Assembly (NCBI GenBank): GCA_965112735.1 | Contig: OZ218963.1 | Coordinates: 2,418,001 to 2,482,000 of the forward strand | Reading direction: 5' to 3' | Length of the DNA stretch: 64,000 nucleotides | Origin: Phaeosaccion multiseriatum | Lineage: Eukaryota; Protista; Ochrophyta, other classes | Part shown: positions 1 through 12,032 of the stretch, piece after piece | Numbering within the stretch: position 1 is the first letter of the stretch | How the letters are laid out: the number at the start of each line of letters is the position of its first letter | Translations under genes and position numbers: made by a program | Notes under the pieces: model-generated | Told to the model about the DNA's origin: nothing | The model's input: the letters and a program-made list of their open reading frames with translations, nothing else | The model's database searches: none

Positions 1-478
1 ATTTCGGGTCCCGTCCCGAGTCCTCCCCCGTTGGAAGAATGCTGCTGTCCCACAGGAAAGCTTTCGCCCCTATCCCATCTATGTACCCCTTGACCCCTCT
101 GTCAAAGCGTACGTACTCCTCGATGCTAGTATCCTTCATCTCCGCCTCCAGCGTCAGATTTTTAGGTTTGTAGGTGAGCTGCAAAAGCTCCCCCTGACTG
201 TCCTCCTCGTCTGAGCTGCTGCCGTCCTCCTGTCTGCCCTCGGCCGCCGTGGCACCTCCCATCGATACCACCCGTGATCCAGATCCCCTGACCTGGGTTG
301 CCGCTCCCTTTTGGAGAGCGTCTGTGAGATCCTGCAGTTTGTCATTCATTCTCAGGATGTGCTCCCACAGTGCTTCCGTAGACCTGTCTCCCCCCCCACC
401 GCCCGATCCGGTAGGATTAGAGCTGGAGCTTCCCGTGCCCCCGCTCTCCCTGCCTCCTTCTGCCTCGTTGCCCGTCAT
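1..478 (-). CDS. Open reading frame running off the left edge; probable gag of a further LTR retrotransposon
   Basis: ATG at 478 followed by 159 stop-free codons (MTGNEAEGG...EALWEHILRMNDKLQDL...EYVRFDRGVKGYIDGIGAKAFLW...). Absent from the ORF track because it is truncated. Lies just downstream of a TGTGA...TCACA-bounded segment. Gag identity is inference. Confidence 0.4.
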   Translation of the reverse strand, partial: MTGNEAEGGRESGGTGSSSSNPTGSGGGGGDRSTEALWEHILRMNDKLQDLTDALQKGAATQVRGSGSRVVSMGGATAAEGRQEDGSSSDEEDSQGELLQLTYKPKNLTLEAEMKDTSIEEYVRFDRGVKGYIDGIGAKAFLWDSSILPTGEDSGRDPK

Positions 479-571
479 GGCTACGTGCAGGACGTCCCCT
501 TTCTCTCCTAGAGCTTTCCGACCAAAAAACCCGCCTGTGTGTCGCCGACCACCTTTGTAGAACCAGCTAGC

Positions 572-714
572 TGTGAAGTGTCGCGACAGCTGTCGTGTTG
601 CGATATCCCCTCTACAGAAACAGTGACAGGCCAAGTAGTGTACATCTAAGAAGTGATGGCTTTGGCGCCACACATGTACCTCGATATTCTATGTCGATAT
701 AGTGCTCAGTCACA
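572..714 (-). repeat. Putative 5' LTR of the left-edge element
   Basis: 143-bp segment bounded by inverted TGTGA/TCACA, 93 bp upstream of the ORF. No partner LTR is visible in the window. Confidence 0.3.
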
Positions 715-719
715 TAAGT

Positions 720-967
720 TGTGCTAAGCTAAGATAGTAGAAACGTTAAGGGGTTTGGACTAAGTATATGCTGCGCCTATGGTGGGGCGTCAGTGTCCGT
801 ATTGATAATATATCTCTACTACTTGCTGATGCAAAGCTTGTGCCCACAAAGAGGAGGGTGAAACGCCAGAGCCGTTGATCCCCCTCGGGGCGTGCCTAGG
901 AAACCGACATTCTTATTATACCCCAGAATGTGTGACCGGAAACCCTCAGGCAGGACAATCTACCACA
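720..967 (-). repeat. 3' LTR, Gypsy copy 1
   Basis: Identical by eye to 6196-6443; preceded on the minus strand by the PPT-like TTGGGGGTAG. Confidence 0.95.
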
Positions 968-1011
968 CTACCCCCAAGCGACAGTTCGAGCCGACTGGGA
1001 AGTAAGTGTGT

Positions 1012-4000
1012 CTATCTAGTTTGTGTCCACTTTCGTGTGCGCGCGGAGCGCGGCGGCTTAGTAGCCGATCGCGTCGTAGTCTTGCGCAGATAGGCTCGGA
1101 CTGCGCTGATCAACTGCTTGTCCTGATGGTGCTGCGGGTAGGTCTCCAGTAAACGTGGAGTATCTTCGTGCAGCGCCTCGATGGGCTCCTCGCTATTCTC
1201 GAGGGCGTCAAAGCCACGCCACTTAACAATGACGTGCCATGAAGCATCTGCGTGCTTAACGAGGCCTTCAAAGGCCTCCACCACAAAGTCTTGGGTGTTA
1301 TACGAAATCTGTTGAAGTACGTCGGTAGTGACGTTAACGTGAGCACCGCAGTAGTAGCGGAGTCGGCTGATGTGTACCTCATAGGTACGCTTCTTGCCCA
1401 CAAGCTCCTCCACCTTGTACACGTGTTGCTCAAGGGCTTCAAGCACTCGGCAGGGCCCATGCCACTTGCCTAGTATCTTGCTTGTAGGCCCTACTGTTGC
1501 AACGAGTACGTAGACTCCGACCTGAAACAGGGTCTCGCTGTTGAGCTGCTTAGCTCTGGCCAAGTCCAGACGATGCTCTGCACCACGTCTGCCACTCATC
1601 AACCTCTGGTTGATGCCATCGCGCTTGTGATCGCGGAGGGTAGTCAGTTGGCGCGCCGCCTCGGCACGCTGCCCCTCCTTCCTCTGATGGAGTTGTGTCG
1701 CAAGGGTGTCTCTCTGCGCCGGGGTCAGCTGCAGTAGCCGAACCTTTTGCATTCGATCCGCGTCGTGGATCAAAATCGTGTCGAGAGGCCGCTGTGGTAC
1801 GTGACCACTGTGCAGCTGGATGGGAGACAAGTTAGACCGACTGCTCTTGTTGGAGCTGTTCTCAACAGCCTCCATCACTGGCAGTAGCTGCGGCCATGTC
1901 TCGGGCGGCTGCCGTAGTTCAGACATCATTGATCTCATGATCTTCTGCAGTGTCTGTACACCACGCTCGCCCAATCCTCGACTGTATGGGTTGTGTGCCA
2001 CCACAAAGTGGTGGTTGCACCGCAAGAGCTGACTTAACTCACGTATCACCTCATTTAGGAAATGACTGCCTCGGTCACTCTGCCACCTGGGCACTACGCC
2101 ATGCTGTGCGAACCAGCGCAACAGACCGCGTGCACACACTCGTGCAGTAGCTTCCAAACATGGCTCATACATTGACAATGATGAAATATCATCAAAGATG
2201 CACAGCACTTGCTTGACCTGAAGCTTCATGAACCCTTCTGGGGACTCTGCCCATGTGACTCCATCGCCAATCTTGACGAAGTCAAACCAGATGAGTTGCT
2301 GGGGTCCAGTAGCGTGCCATTGAGCTAGCAGGGGGCGAGGCACTCTCTCGCCCTTGCCGTTGGTGAGGCAGTGGAGACAGTTCTGAACGAGGCTGCGCAC
2401 GTCCTTGTCTAGCGACTGCCAGATGAACTTCTCCTTAATAGCACTCAAGGTGTTTGTCTCTCCCTGATGGCCCATCATACCCTGATGGCCAGTCACACAC
2501 AGCCTCAGGTGCATGTCTTCCGCCTTGGCTCCCACCGAGGGAATCCAAATGCGGGTGCTGTCAGCGGGGTTGCTCGTCGGATGGCACGCTCGAATCAACC
2601 CGTCGTCGCCAACTGATGAGAGGAGCAGGCGGCGCCCGTTCTCTCCCACCTCCTTGCTAGCCTGCTGGAGCTCCTGAAGAGCGTCGGCCTGCAGACTGGC
2701 AATCTCAGTTGTGGAGGGCCAAGTGAAGTCATCACACATAGTGTCAAACACTTGCATGGGTCCAAACTAATGGGGTCGGCCCAATCATGGAGATGACCAG
2801 GGAAGTGGACAATGACATAGTCAAAGCTCTGAAGGCGCACGGCCTGACGCTGCAGCCTGTCCCTCATAGGCTTAGTCATGCCAGGGTACTTGCTGTCGTT
2901 GCTCATCATGAACGCCAAGTTGCGATGGTCGCAAAAGATGTGCACTTTCTGTGCCCCGACCAAAGCGTACTCGTTCTGGATCAAGCCTCGGAGTGTCGCG
3001 TCTCCTTCCTTGTCGATGGTGGCACGCCTCAGCTCTGCGCCTTCAAAGGCGCCTGAGCCGAAGGCCACCGGGATGTGGTTCATCTCATGTACCGGAAGGC
3101 ACAGCTCTTTGGGGTCTATGTATGTAATCATACATCCCCAGTAGAGGTCACTAGCATCTGGGAATACCAGTGCCAGTTTGGTTGGGTCTGGGTGCGACAG
3201 CACCGTGTTCTGTGCAAGAACGCGCGCTTGATCTGGAAGAAAGCGTCGTCGTGCTCTGTGTCCCACCCCACAGAAGCCAATGGAATCGTCTTGGCCACTG
3301 CCTTGGAGCGCTTGTGCTGATGAGGCTTAGCGTTAGCCTGCCCGAGGGCTTTGTTCAACAGCGCGTTCAAAGGACCCACTAGCTTAGCGAAGTCCTTGAT
3401 GTATCGATGAAACCACTGCAGGCTGCAGAGGAAAGTCATCAAATCTCCAGCCGTCTCTGGGGCCGCGAGACTGGTCAGGCCCTGCACTCTGGCGGGGTCA
3501 TGTCGTGTGCCGCGTCGGTCGTGCACGCGGCCAAGGAACTTGAGCTCGCTACCGAAACGGAACGAGTTCAATCCTATCTTGATGTTGGCACTGTGGAGGC
3601 GCTTCATCGTCAATCGAGTGAGACTCACCATCTCCTCTCCCACCTTTGCCCAGTACGCTACGTTGTCAATGTAGACGGCGTGGGTCTTGCACAACTCTTT
3701 GCGAAAGAGGTGGGTCATCTGGCCTTGGACGTAAGTGCCCGAGTTCTTAGCCCCCTGGGGTACTCGAGTTGGCGTCACTTTGCCATTTGGGAATATATAG
3801 GTGTGAGCAACTTGGCTCAACTTGCCTAGTGGGAATTGCCAATACATGTCAACCCCATCTATCTCGATGAACCATAGGCAACCCAACATGGAGGCTACGG
3901 CGTCTTCAATGTTCATCATCCCAAAATCGACCTTCTGTACCTTTTCATTGACTTCGCGAAAGTCGCAGACGATACGGTACTTGCCTGGCTTGCCGGGTTT

Positions 4001-6128
4001 GCCCACTGCAAACGCCGGGCTGCCATGAGCGCTCTGCGGGTTGCTATAACCCAGGCCTTTGTCTATCAACTTGTTGCAAAAGTCATTTACAAAAGCACCC
4101 TTTGCGCCTTGTTGCCTTATGGGGAGACGGGAGCTCGGTACCTTATTGGTAAACGTCACCTCCATTGGCTCTACGTTAGCGGGGCCGTCGCTAAAGAGCA
4201 ACTCTTCCCGCCACACGTCGAACTCTAAGAGAGCTTCCATCATTGGCTCTCTCAGCTCCGCAGGGAAATCATGATCAGTGATTGCTTTGTCCACAATGGG
4301 ACCTAGCACCTCTCTACGGCGTACCTCAGAAGGGGGAACTCCCTCTGATGGCCCTTGAATAGTATCCGGTACACCTTCACACTCTTCACGGTCTTTATTA
4401 TTAAGCGGTTGGCCGCCAATGGCGCTAACCTCTGGTGCCTCTGCACTGGCGACAGGAGGGGGGCTCTCGGCCGCAACCTCCTGCGCTCCTACCCCCAATA
4501 CTTGCACGGGGAAGTTGCTTGCCTCAAAATCAGCATAGTCTTGGATGGTCTCAACGCCCATAGAACACACGCTCTTCTCAACGCTCTGCTGCTTAGTCGG
4601 GGCAGCCCCTGTCGCAGGGGAAGCGTCGTCACGCTCCCTCTGCAGGGTCTCCTCCGACCGTTTCTCGTGCACTCTGTGCAACTGCTCAGTCAAAGACTCC
4701 AAGCCCAGTGCCTTATGCAAAGGCCGGCCCAGAATCAGTCTGCTGCCCAAGCTCTCAAGAACCAACATGGATCTGAACTCCTTGTCCAGCTGCGCTGTAC
4801 TCACGCTACCATGACTCAGCTCTATCTCAAGGTGACTGCCGCACAACACTTCGTTGGCAGTCACAGGTCCAGCAGCAGTGACGCACTCCGAAGGCTCACA
4901 GGCCTCTAGTACGCCACCACCCTTTCCGACCCACGTGCGAGCCAGGTCACCACCCATGACCATACCCACATCGCATCCGCTGTCAAACAGGGCTTGCGCC
5001 GACATCCGCACCTCCGGAGTCGTGTCATTCACGAGAACCACGCTCATGCGGTCTCCCGTGAGGTCCATAGCAACTGGCCCTGGCAAAGAAAAACCTGCCG
5101 CAGCCGAAGATGAGACGGACGTAACCCCCGGTTTCTTCGCCTCAGCCTTCCTCTGCTCCCATGCCTTCTGTTTCTCTGCCTTGATGCGTTTCTTGTCTTC
5201 GGCAGTGGTTGTAGGGCAGTCGTCAATCCGATGCGGCTTGTCGCAGGCCCAGCACTTCGGAGTACGGGCCTTCTTCAATGGGTTGCTGGCTGTCTCTTTG
5301 CCCGCTGCTGTCTCCTTCGAGGAGGTCTCTGCACCCGTACGCTTTGGCTGCTGCTCCTGCTGCCACTTGCGCTTGCCGCCTGCACCTTTGCCTTGCCCAC
5401 CACCGCCTCCCCCGCCGCCTCCAGATGCCCCTTGGTCACCCTTGAGTCCGGGAAGGAAATGTTCGGCCTTACCGCCGATACGCCGTGCTGCCGCTCTCAT
5501 GGTGGCCCACTGGCACAAGTGTCTGACGAATTTCTCCATCCACTCCCCGTGATGCTCTCCCCAGTCCTTCTGTCCATCTTTGAACGCGTCCACCAGCATT
5601 TTCTCCATGCATGATGATGGTGAGTAAGCCTCGCTGCATCCCTTTGGCAGCGTGCTTTCCGTTCGGACCAAGGAAATTCGTATCGGTGGGGTTCAAGTTC
5701 AGGTACTCCTTCCTTGCTGCTGACTCGTGGATCATGCGAAGGTATTGCTGGCACATGTACTGAAGATTGTGCTTGAATTGGAGAGGGTCCGGATCATACA
5801 CGAGTACCGTCTTCCTGATTATCTCGTTGAGAGTGGCATTTCCGTTGACGTCCTCCCTGCGATTCTTCTTCAACCACCTCTCCAAGTAATCCCGTACCAT
5901 CTTGGACGTGAGCTGAGCCTCCGACACTTGATTGGCGATGGCTATTCCAAAACGATGGGCTGGGTCGATGAGCTGCACCATGCTGGGGATATCCAGCGGC
6001 TTGTCCCTATCCCTGAGCGCGGACTGATCGTACTGCAGTAAGAACTCGCTGACGACTTCCGCAGATAGAGGCGTCCGTATCTCCGGATAATGGGTTGGGT
6101 CCCTCATGATGATGCCTTGAACCGCCAT
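1012..6128 (-). pseudogene. gag-pol polyprotein of copy 1, split into 4 ORFs
   Basis: ORFs 5469-6128, 3128-5671, 2595-3266 and 1012-2757. Relative to copy 2 there is a 14-nt deletion (~5613), a 2-nt insertion (~3222) and a 55-nt deletion (~2768). Confidence 0.93.
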
Positions 6129-6195
6129 GATGCCGCTCCTCCAATCGGTCCGAGAAAATCCTTCTCCAAAGCTTTCCTAAAGCGAGAACTAGTTC

Positions 6196-6443
6196 TGTGC
6201 TAAGCTAAGATAGTAGAAACGTTAAGGGGTTTGGACTAAGTATATGCTGCGCCTATGGTGGGGCGTCAGTGTCCGTATTGATAATATATCTCTACTACTT
6301 GCTGATGCAAAGCTTGTGCCCACAAAGAGGAGGGTGAAACGCCAGAGCCGTTGATCCCCCTCGGGGCGTGCCTAGGAAACCGACATTCTTATTATACCCC
6401 AGAATGTGTGACCGGAAACCCTCAGGCAGGACAATCTACCACA
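6196..6443 (-). repeat. 5' LTR, Gypsy copy 1
   Basis: 248-bp repeat followed on the plus strand by TSD AAGT; the gag ATG lies 67 nt beyond its internal end. Confidence 0.95.
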
Positions 6444-6608
6444 AAGTCGATGTTCATCGTAACACCCTTTCCCCCCTTCCTCTCCTCCACTCTCCCTTCT
6501 TCTCCCACTTCTTGCCAAACCCAACCCTCTTCCCTCCTCCTCCTTCTCCCCTGCCGAGGGCGCAGCCCGAAGGGCCACCTCGTACTCCTCTTCTAGAAGG
6601 CATACCTT

Positions 6609-9259
6609 ATGAGCTTGGTGGATGGGACTGGCATGCTGAGAAGGGTTGGACGCAAATTTCGGAGCAACTTACAAAAAAGCGGACATGGTACCGTAGCTAT
6701 ACTTTGGTTAGTGTGCCTGGGGCTCGCTGATCAGCATGGTGTCACTGCTGGTGCAATACAGTTTGGGGAGGAGGGAATCAACTCTATCTATTGGACCAGA
6801 GCCTATGAGGGTGGGGAAGAGAAGGACGGAGGCGGAGCATTCTTTCCAAGGAGGGTGGAGGAGGCGGGCATGGTCGAGAGCAGGGGGCTGCATCCGCTTA
6901 GGGAGGATGTTGGCTTGGGGTGGAGGGCTGATGAGCTTGAGCAGATTATGGACCTCTGGGAGAAGCACGGATTGCATAAAGAGGAGGTGGTGGAATTGGA
7001 GAGCTTAGGCAATTGGCTGGATATGTGGTCGACGACACGTGAGAAAGAGATCGAATGCACGCTGAAAGTGCTTCCGAATAGAGACGGCATCGGGAGCCAG
7101 GCTGTGCGATGGCTTGGGGCTGTAATCCTTTCGGAAGGCCTCGGCTGCTCGCTGGCCACCCCCGATCTTTTGCAGCCCCAACACGCCATCAACATGACCC
7201 TGGCAGACTTTCATCTAGAGGCGGGGAGATCAGGGGTTTGGCGCAACGGCACCGTGTACTGTCACCGCACCTTGCCGTTGAAGGAAACGCAATTCAATGA
7301 CACAAGCTACGAGAGCTTGTCCAACATGTTTCGATGCTCGAGTGAGAATTGGACAGAGTACTTCAATTTTGAGGCGTATACGACCTCCCAAGCCGAAGAA
7401 TCACCCCTAGCGGTGAGTGAGGTGGGTCGAGAGAGGATCTGTATCGATGGTTGAGTGAAGACCAGATTGCCCCTTCTCTTTTCAAACCGTGCTCAGTGTG
7501 TACTGTGCTAAGCTCAGATAACATCAAGTTATCCTGAACCTCTAGTATTGCGCAATACTAGAGGTTCAGGATAATTTGATGCTATCTGAGCACAGTACCC
7601 TCGCACTTGTACGCAGTCCCACCCTCGCCGACCTTCATCCCTTTTCTCCTACCACAGGACACTGACATCACCGACATAACTCTTTCTCTGGAAGCCAATG
7701 TCTCCCTCTCGAGCGGCAATTTGACTGCAGAGGAGTGGCTGCCAATCTACAAGGCAAGGCACTCCAAGATGGCTCTGGTGGCGCGATCCAGCTACGTGCC
7801 TTACGTTCTGCTGCAGGGAAGGATGTGGCGCAAAGGGGACGACCCTGTGACGTCGATACCTTCGGCTGTCAGGACGGGCCTATCACGGATACGCGAGGCG
7901 TACCACAGGTTCCCTCGGCCGGGGTAAGTAACGGGAGAGGCAGGATGAAGGAGGGAGGGCCAGAGATAGCGCCGAGCAGGACGCATAGCGACTTTGAGTG
8001 TAGCTGACTGGGTTGCTGTCTCGGGTGCCTTCGCTTGTGGGTCATAGTGCAGGGAGGATGGGTGGGGATGCTTATCGCGGTTATCCCGTGAGATATCCCG
8101 GGGGGGCTGTGTGCCGTAAACCCAGGGAAGGGACAGATCAGGGCGCTTGATAGCATCCGCCCAGATGTGATGGGAACGACAGTATCATTTAGGCGCTTGG
8201 ATGATACTGTAGACACTTGGTCTATATCTCAACAAAAGAGAGTGTCCGTTCCCTTCACATCAGTCCCCGTTTTATTGATCTTGTTTTTCCCGCTTCTGCT
8301 GCCTCCCACCCGTGCGCTCAACGTCAGGTATGTGGAAATCCCAGACTGTGGCTTTGCGGCTGGCCAGCTAAACGTTGCCATTCATATCCGCAACGGAGAC
8401 CTTGGAGGAGGAAAGTTCGCTCATACCCCTGTCGTAATTGTTGAGAGTATTTCGAGGGCTATGGCGCAGTTGGGATATTCGCCCCCTGTGTTTCACGTCT
8501 TTTCGGAGACTCGTTCGCCATGTCCGGACCGGGAGAGCCGTGTTTTTGCAGAGTTTCCGGATCTGCTCATTAGTACTGAGCAGGTGCGTGTTAAAAGTAA
8601 CACTTTTGCTAGACCGACACCTATCCTTCCCCCTTCAGACCGGGAGGTGTGAAACTCTGTCCTCGGCTTGGGATGCCCCTCTGCGCGTGAGACTAAGGAG
8701 GCGAAACTCATGACACTCGTGGAGCGACACTTCATGCCTTTCGCATGTTTCGGCCGCTGACTGACTAGCCTCTGTTGGCCTGGCTCCCCGTTCTCTCAAA
8801 CCACAGGTCCAGACTTGCCAGCACACTCCCACGCGAAGCGAGCAGTGCATATTTAGGGAAATGGGTGGCGTCTGCGGTGCCCAACACCAACCCTGTTTTA
8901 GGGCAGACAACAAGCTCGACGACATCGAGTCCGGGCCTCCACGGGCATTCGTCCTGCATGTCAATGGCCCTGAGGGCGAGACAATTCGGTGTATGGCTAG
9001 CGCTGACGTAGTAGTCTCCGCCACGAGCAGCTTTGGTCAGCTGGCGTTGTGGCTCAGCAACGGTTTGAAGATCTTCTGTCTCCCCTGTGGCCGTAGAGCG
9101 TGGCGGAAGGTTTACGGTAGGATCTTGCCTTTCTTTGCCCTTGCAGAGGGGGGCAGACAGTGGTTTCCAGTCGGTAGAGATACCGAGCTGTTGCTTTCGA
9201 TAGACACTCTGAAAAAACAGTTAGAGGACACTTGCATCCAGAGAAATGTGAGCAGATGA
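6609..9259 (+). CDS. Multi-exon fucosyltransferase-like glycosyltransferase (GT11/NodZ-like fold)
   Basis: N-terminal hydrophobic segment, then motifs DGIGSQ, VAIHIRNGD (H-x-R-x-G-D), FHVFSE and MASADVVVSATSSF in the expected order. GT-AG introns, e.g. 7413-7657. Exon structure only partly resolved. Confidence 0.6.
7500..7598. repeat. Near-perfect 99-bp palindrome (possible TA-flanked mini-MITE or hairpin RNA) in an intron
   Basis: Arms 7500-7551 and 7552-7598 with no loop, two mismatches and one 5-nt bulge; ends read TA|CTGTGCT...AGCACAG|TA. Confidence 0.85.
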
Positions 9260-9980
9260 TCACCCCGAAACGAGGCATCACACAGGAGAGGGGGTTGCGA
9301 GGCGCCCAACAACCCTACATGTAAAGAGTCACGTTGCTCTCCACCTAGGATAGGAGTAACCGCATGGACAAGGTAATAGCAACCCCAAAGCCAGCCTGGC
9401 AGCCAGCCTTGTCTCTATAAGCTTTATCCGTGAGCCATCCTAAACGACCAACCTGCTGGGAGGTTAGTGAGAAACGGGCCACGCACCGTTTCTCACCATA
9501 TTTGCCTGGGCCTGGGCCATTGACATAATACTGACTTTCAACATCCCCGTCAGCCATCCCTGCACTTCTAACATCTGCGTCTGCTCCACACGCTGCCGTA
9601 CGTCCGGAAGACTCTCTCCAGTCTGCTCATTGTCCTCCGCGTCCAAATCCATCGCAGAAAAATCGAACAAATCGAATTTGGACACCTCGATTTCCGTCTC
9701 GTTGACATCGACTTTCTCCACAGGATACTCCGGCGACGGCGAGGGCTCTTTCGGAGCAAAATTTGAAATTTGCCTCCCTGAAAAGCTGCCCATCAATTCC
9801 ACGACGCTCAAAGACCAGCTGAATGACACGTTCCGTCTTTGTGTCAGAGAAAGCCAGGCAGGCAATCGGGTGATACTTGCTCCTCCCGAGGTACTAGATC
9901 ACAGGTCTGCCACGCCCAGACTCGTAGTGCTTCTTGACCGTGTGGGTGGGGCGCTGCTCCTTGATATAGGCCAGACAGCC

Positions 9981-11325
9981 CTACGGGGCAATGTTGCTGC
10001 AGTCCGGGGCATGACCAGTGAGAACCTCATACCGAGACGGTTCTCCCCGCTTGCCGTTCAAGTTCAAAAACATGGAGGCATATCGAGCCGCAAAACACCA
10101 CAGTTTCTGAAACGTCTGATCCAAACCCGCCGCGTAAGAGATCACTGCTGCCTTCTGAGACATTATAGCCAGTCTCTTCTCCACAGCACCATTCTGCTCC
10201 GGAGTGTAGGGAGAAGTAAACTTCCAATGCACTCCCTTGCTGGTGACGAAAGTCGATGCTTGTTCTTGATTCAACAGTTCATTTCCATTGTCAACGAGCA
10301 ACTCCTCAAGCTGAGCACCAGTCGGTACAAGCACCTCCGCCCAAAAGCGCTGCAAAGCAAGGATGAAATGGCCCTTCTTCTTGGTAAAGTACACCCATCC
10401 CACCTTGGAGGCCATATGTTGCCTTCAGATAGGCTACACTACCCACTTAGATTAGTATTGCGAGAGTGGGAGAAATCTTTTGTTGCCTTCAGATAGGCTA
10501 CACATATCCTGAAAGCCAAACACCCATTTGTACTCCCCATATGCCTCCAAACTCACCGGTTGAGCATCTGGACCACCACACGTAGCGGAGTCGTCGTATC
10601 GACAGGCCTAAGGGCCCGCGACACATTCGCACGGCGGGCATTGCTTGTTCCTCAAACACGGCTCACACCGGTGAAGAGTCCCAGTGAGGCGGATGCCACG
10701 CTGCTTCGACGTATGGCGCAAGTCTCGCTCAGCCTGATGGCCATTGGTGTAGTGGAACTGGTTGATATCCTCCGTAGGCAGCTCACGATGGTGGACACAT
10801 CCCAGCACGTTGACCTGCATGAGCTCATCCTGGCGGGCAATCACGGCAAGAGGGTCGTCTGGAGAGGACCCGAAAACCAGCTGGTCGTCCTCAGCGTCTC
10901 CCGTGTACACCACCCAAAGCCTTCTGCAAATCGCTGAGCCGCAGCAAGTTGAATTTGGCCTCAGGAGCCACAATGACATCAAGGCGCACGACCCGACGAC
11001 CGTCGTTGCGGTCCTTCATCTCTAACAGCAGCTGCCCGCGGGCAGTGACAGTTACATACCCTTCGCCCGCAGTTGCTCGTATCTCGTTGATGCGCTCTGT
11101 GCACAGCCAGTTGCGGTTGGGGAAGGAGGAGTCAACACAACTGCAGCTGTCTCCGCAGGCGGTGCAGCTAGGCGGAGACAGCTGAAACGACTTCAGCAGG
11201 AAACCGAGTGGCGAGGATTTTCGCAACAAGGTGTGGAGGAGGAGGAGGACAAGGGAAGATCCGCTGAGCGGGAGGAGCTTCACTTGTCTTTGGGCCTGCC
11301 GATGCTGGACGCGAACGGGCCTCAA
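9981..11325 (-). pseudogene. Copia protease-region / pre-integrase zinc finger / integrase core fragments
   Basis: HYTNGH...CEPC zinc finger; LVDNGNE, SPYTPEQNGAVEKR, LWCFAARYA and YEVLTG integrase motifs; frameshifts and stops. Confidence 0.85.
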
Positions 11326-12032
11326 CGCTTAGGTCAGCTATACCCTGGGCGGCTGACACCAGCTGGAATTTGTAAAGAGTCACGTTGCTCTCCACCTAGG
11401 ATAGGAGTAGCCGCATGGACAAGGTAATAGCAACCCCAAAGCCAGCCTGGCAGCCAGCCTTGTCTCTATTAGCTTTATCCGTGAGCCATCCTAAACGACC
11501 AACCTGCTGGGAGGTGAGTGAGAAACGGGCCACGCACCGTTTCTCACCGTATTTGCCTGGGCCTGGGCCATTGACATAATACTGACTTTCAACATCCCCG
11601 TCAGCCATCCCTGCACTTCTAACATCCCCCTGAACTAAACTATTGCGTGTCCCCACGCAACTCAAAGCGGGTTCGCCTACTAAAGCTCGACTTGTAGCAA
11701 AAGCCTCCATGTTGCTTCCAATAAAAACGGATGAGAAATATGCAAAACTCACCCAGGTGTGTGCGATCGCTCCTCCAACACACACCCTCCTGTATTGGTG
11801 AGAAAACCCCACGACTCAAACTCACCCACACAGGCTCACGGATGAGAACATCCCATGACTCAAACTCACCCGCGCAATTCTCTATCTCCACTCCTACTCG
11901 CCACCAGCGTTGCCAAAGCCTCGTTGCGCACCACTAATGCTGACTGCCCAAGTGTTTACTGGTGTGCCTACAAGGCACCCAGACAGTCCCTAAAGCAGCC
12001 TTGCGAGTATCCTTCTCTGTCTCCCGCCAAGC

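Larger units (their letters stand above)
720..6443 (-). mobile_element. Ty3/Gypsy chromodomain LTR retrotransposon, copy 1 (frameshifted)
   Basis: Two 248-bp direct repeats (720-967, 6196-6443; TG...CA) with 4-bp TSD AAGT. Domain order: gag (CWACDKPHRIDDC), PR (LFDSG), RT, RNase H (DAS/DHRNL), integrase (HHCC, DRG), GPY/F, chromodomain. Confidence 0.97.

Noticed and set aside
659-675. TGGCGCC as a tRNA-Lys PBS
   Set aside because: The match stops after 7 nt and lies inside the putative LTR rather than next to it.
4355-5614. Long plus-strand ORFs antisense to gag/protease (also 19735-20943)
   Set aside because: Shadow frames of a GC-rich coding strand with no recognisable motifs.
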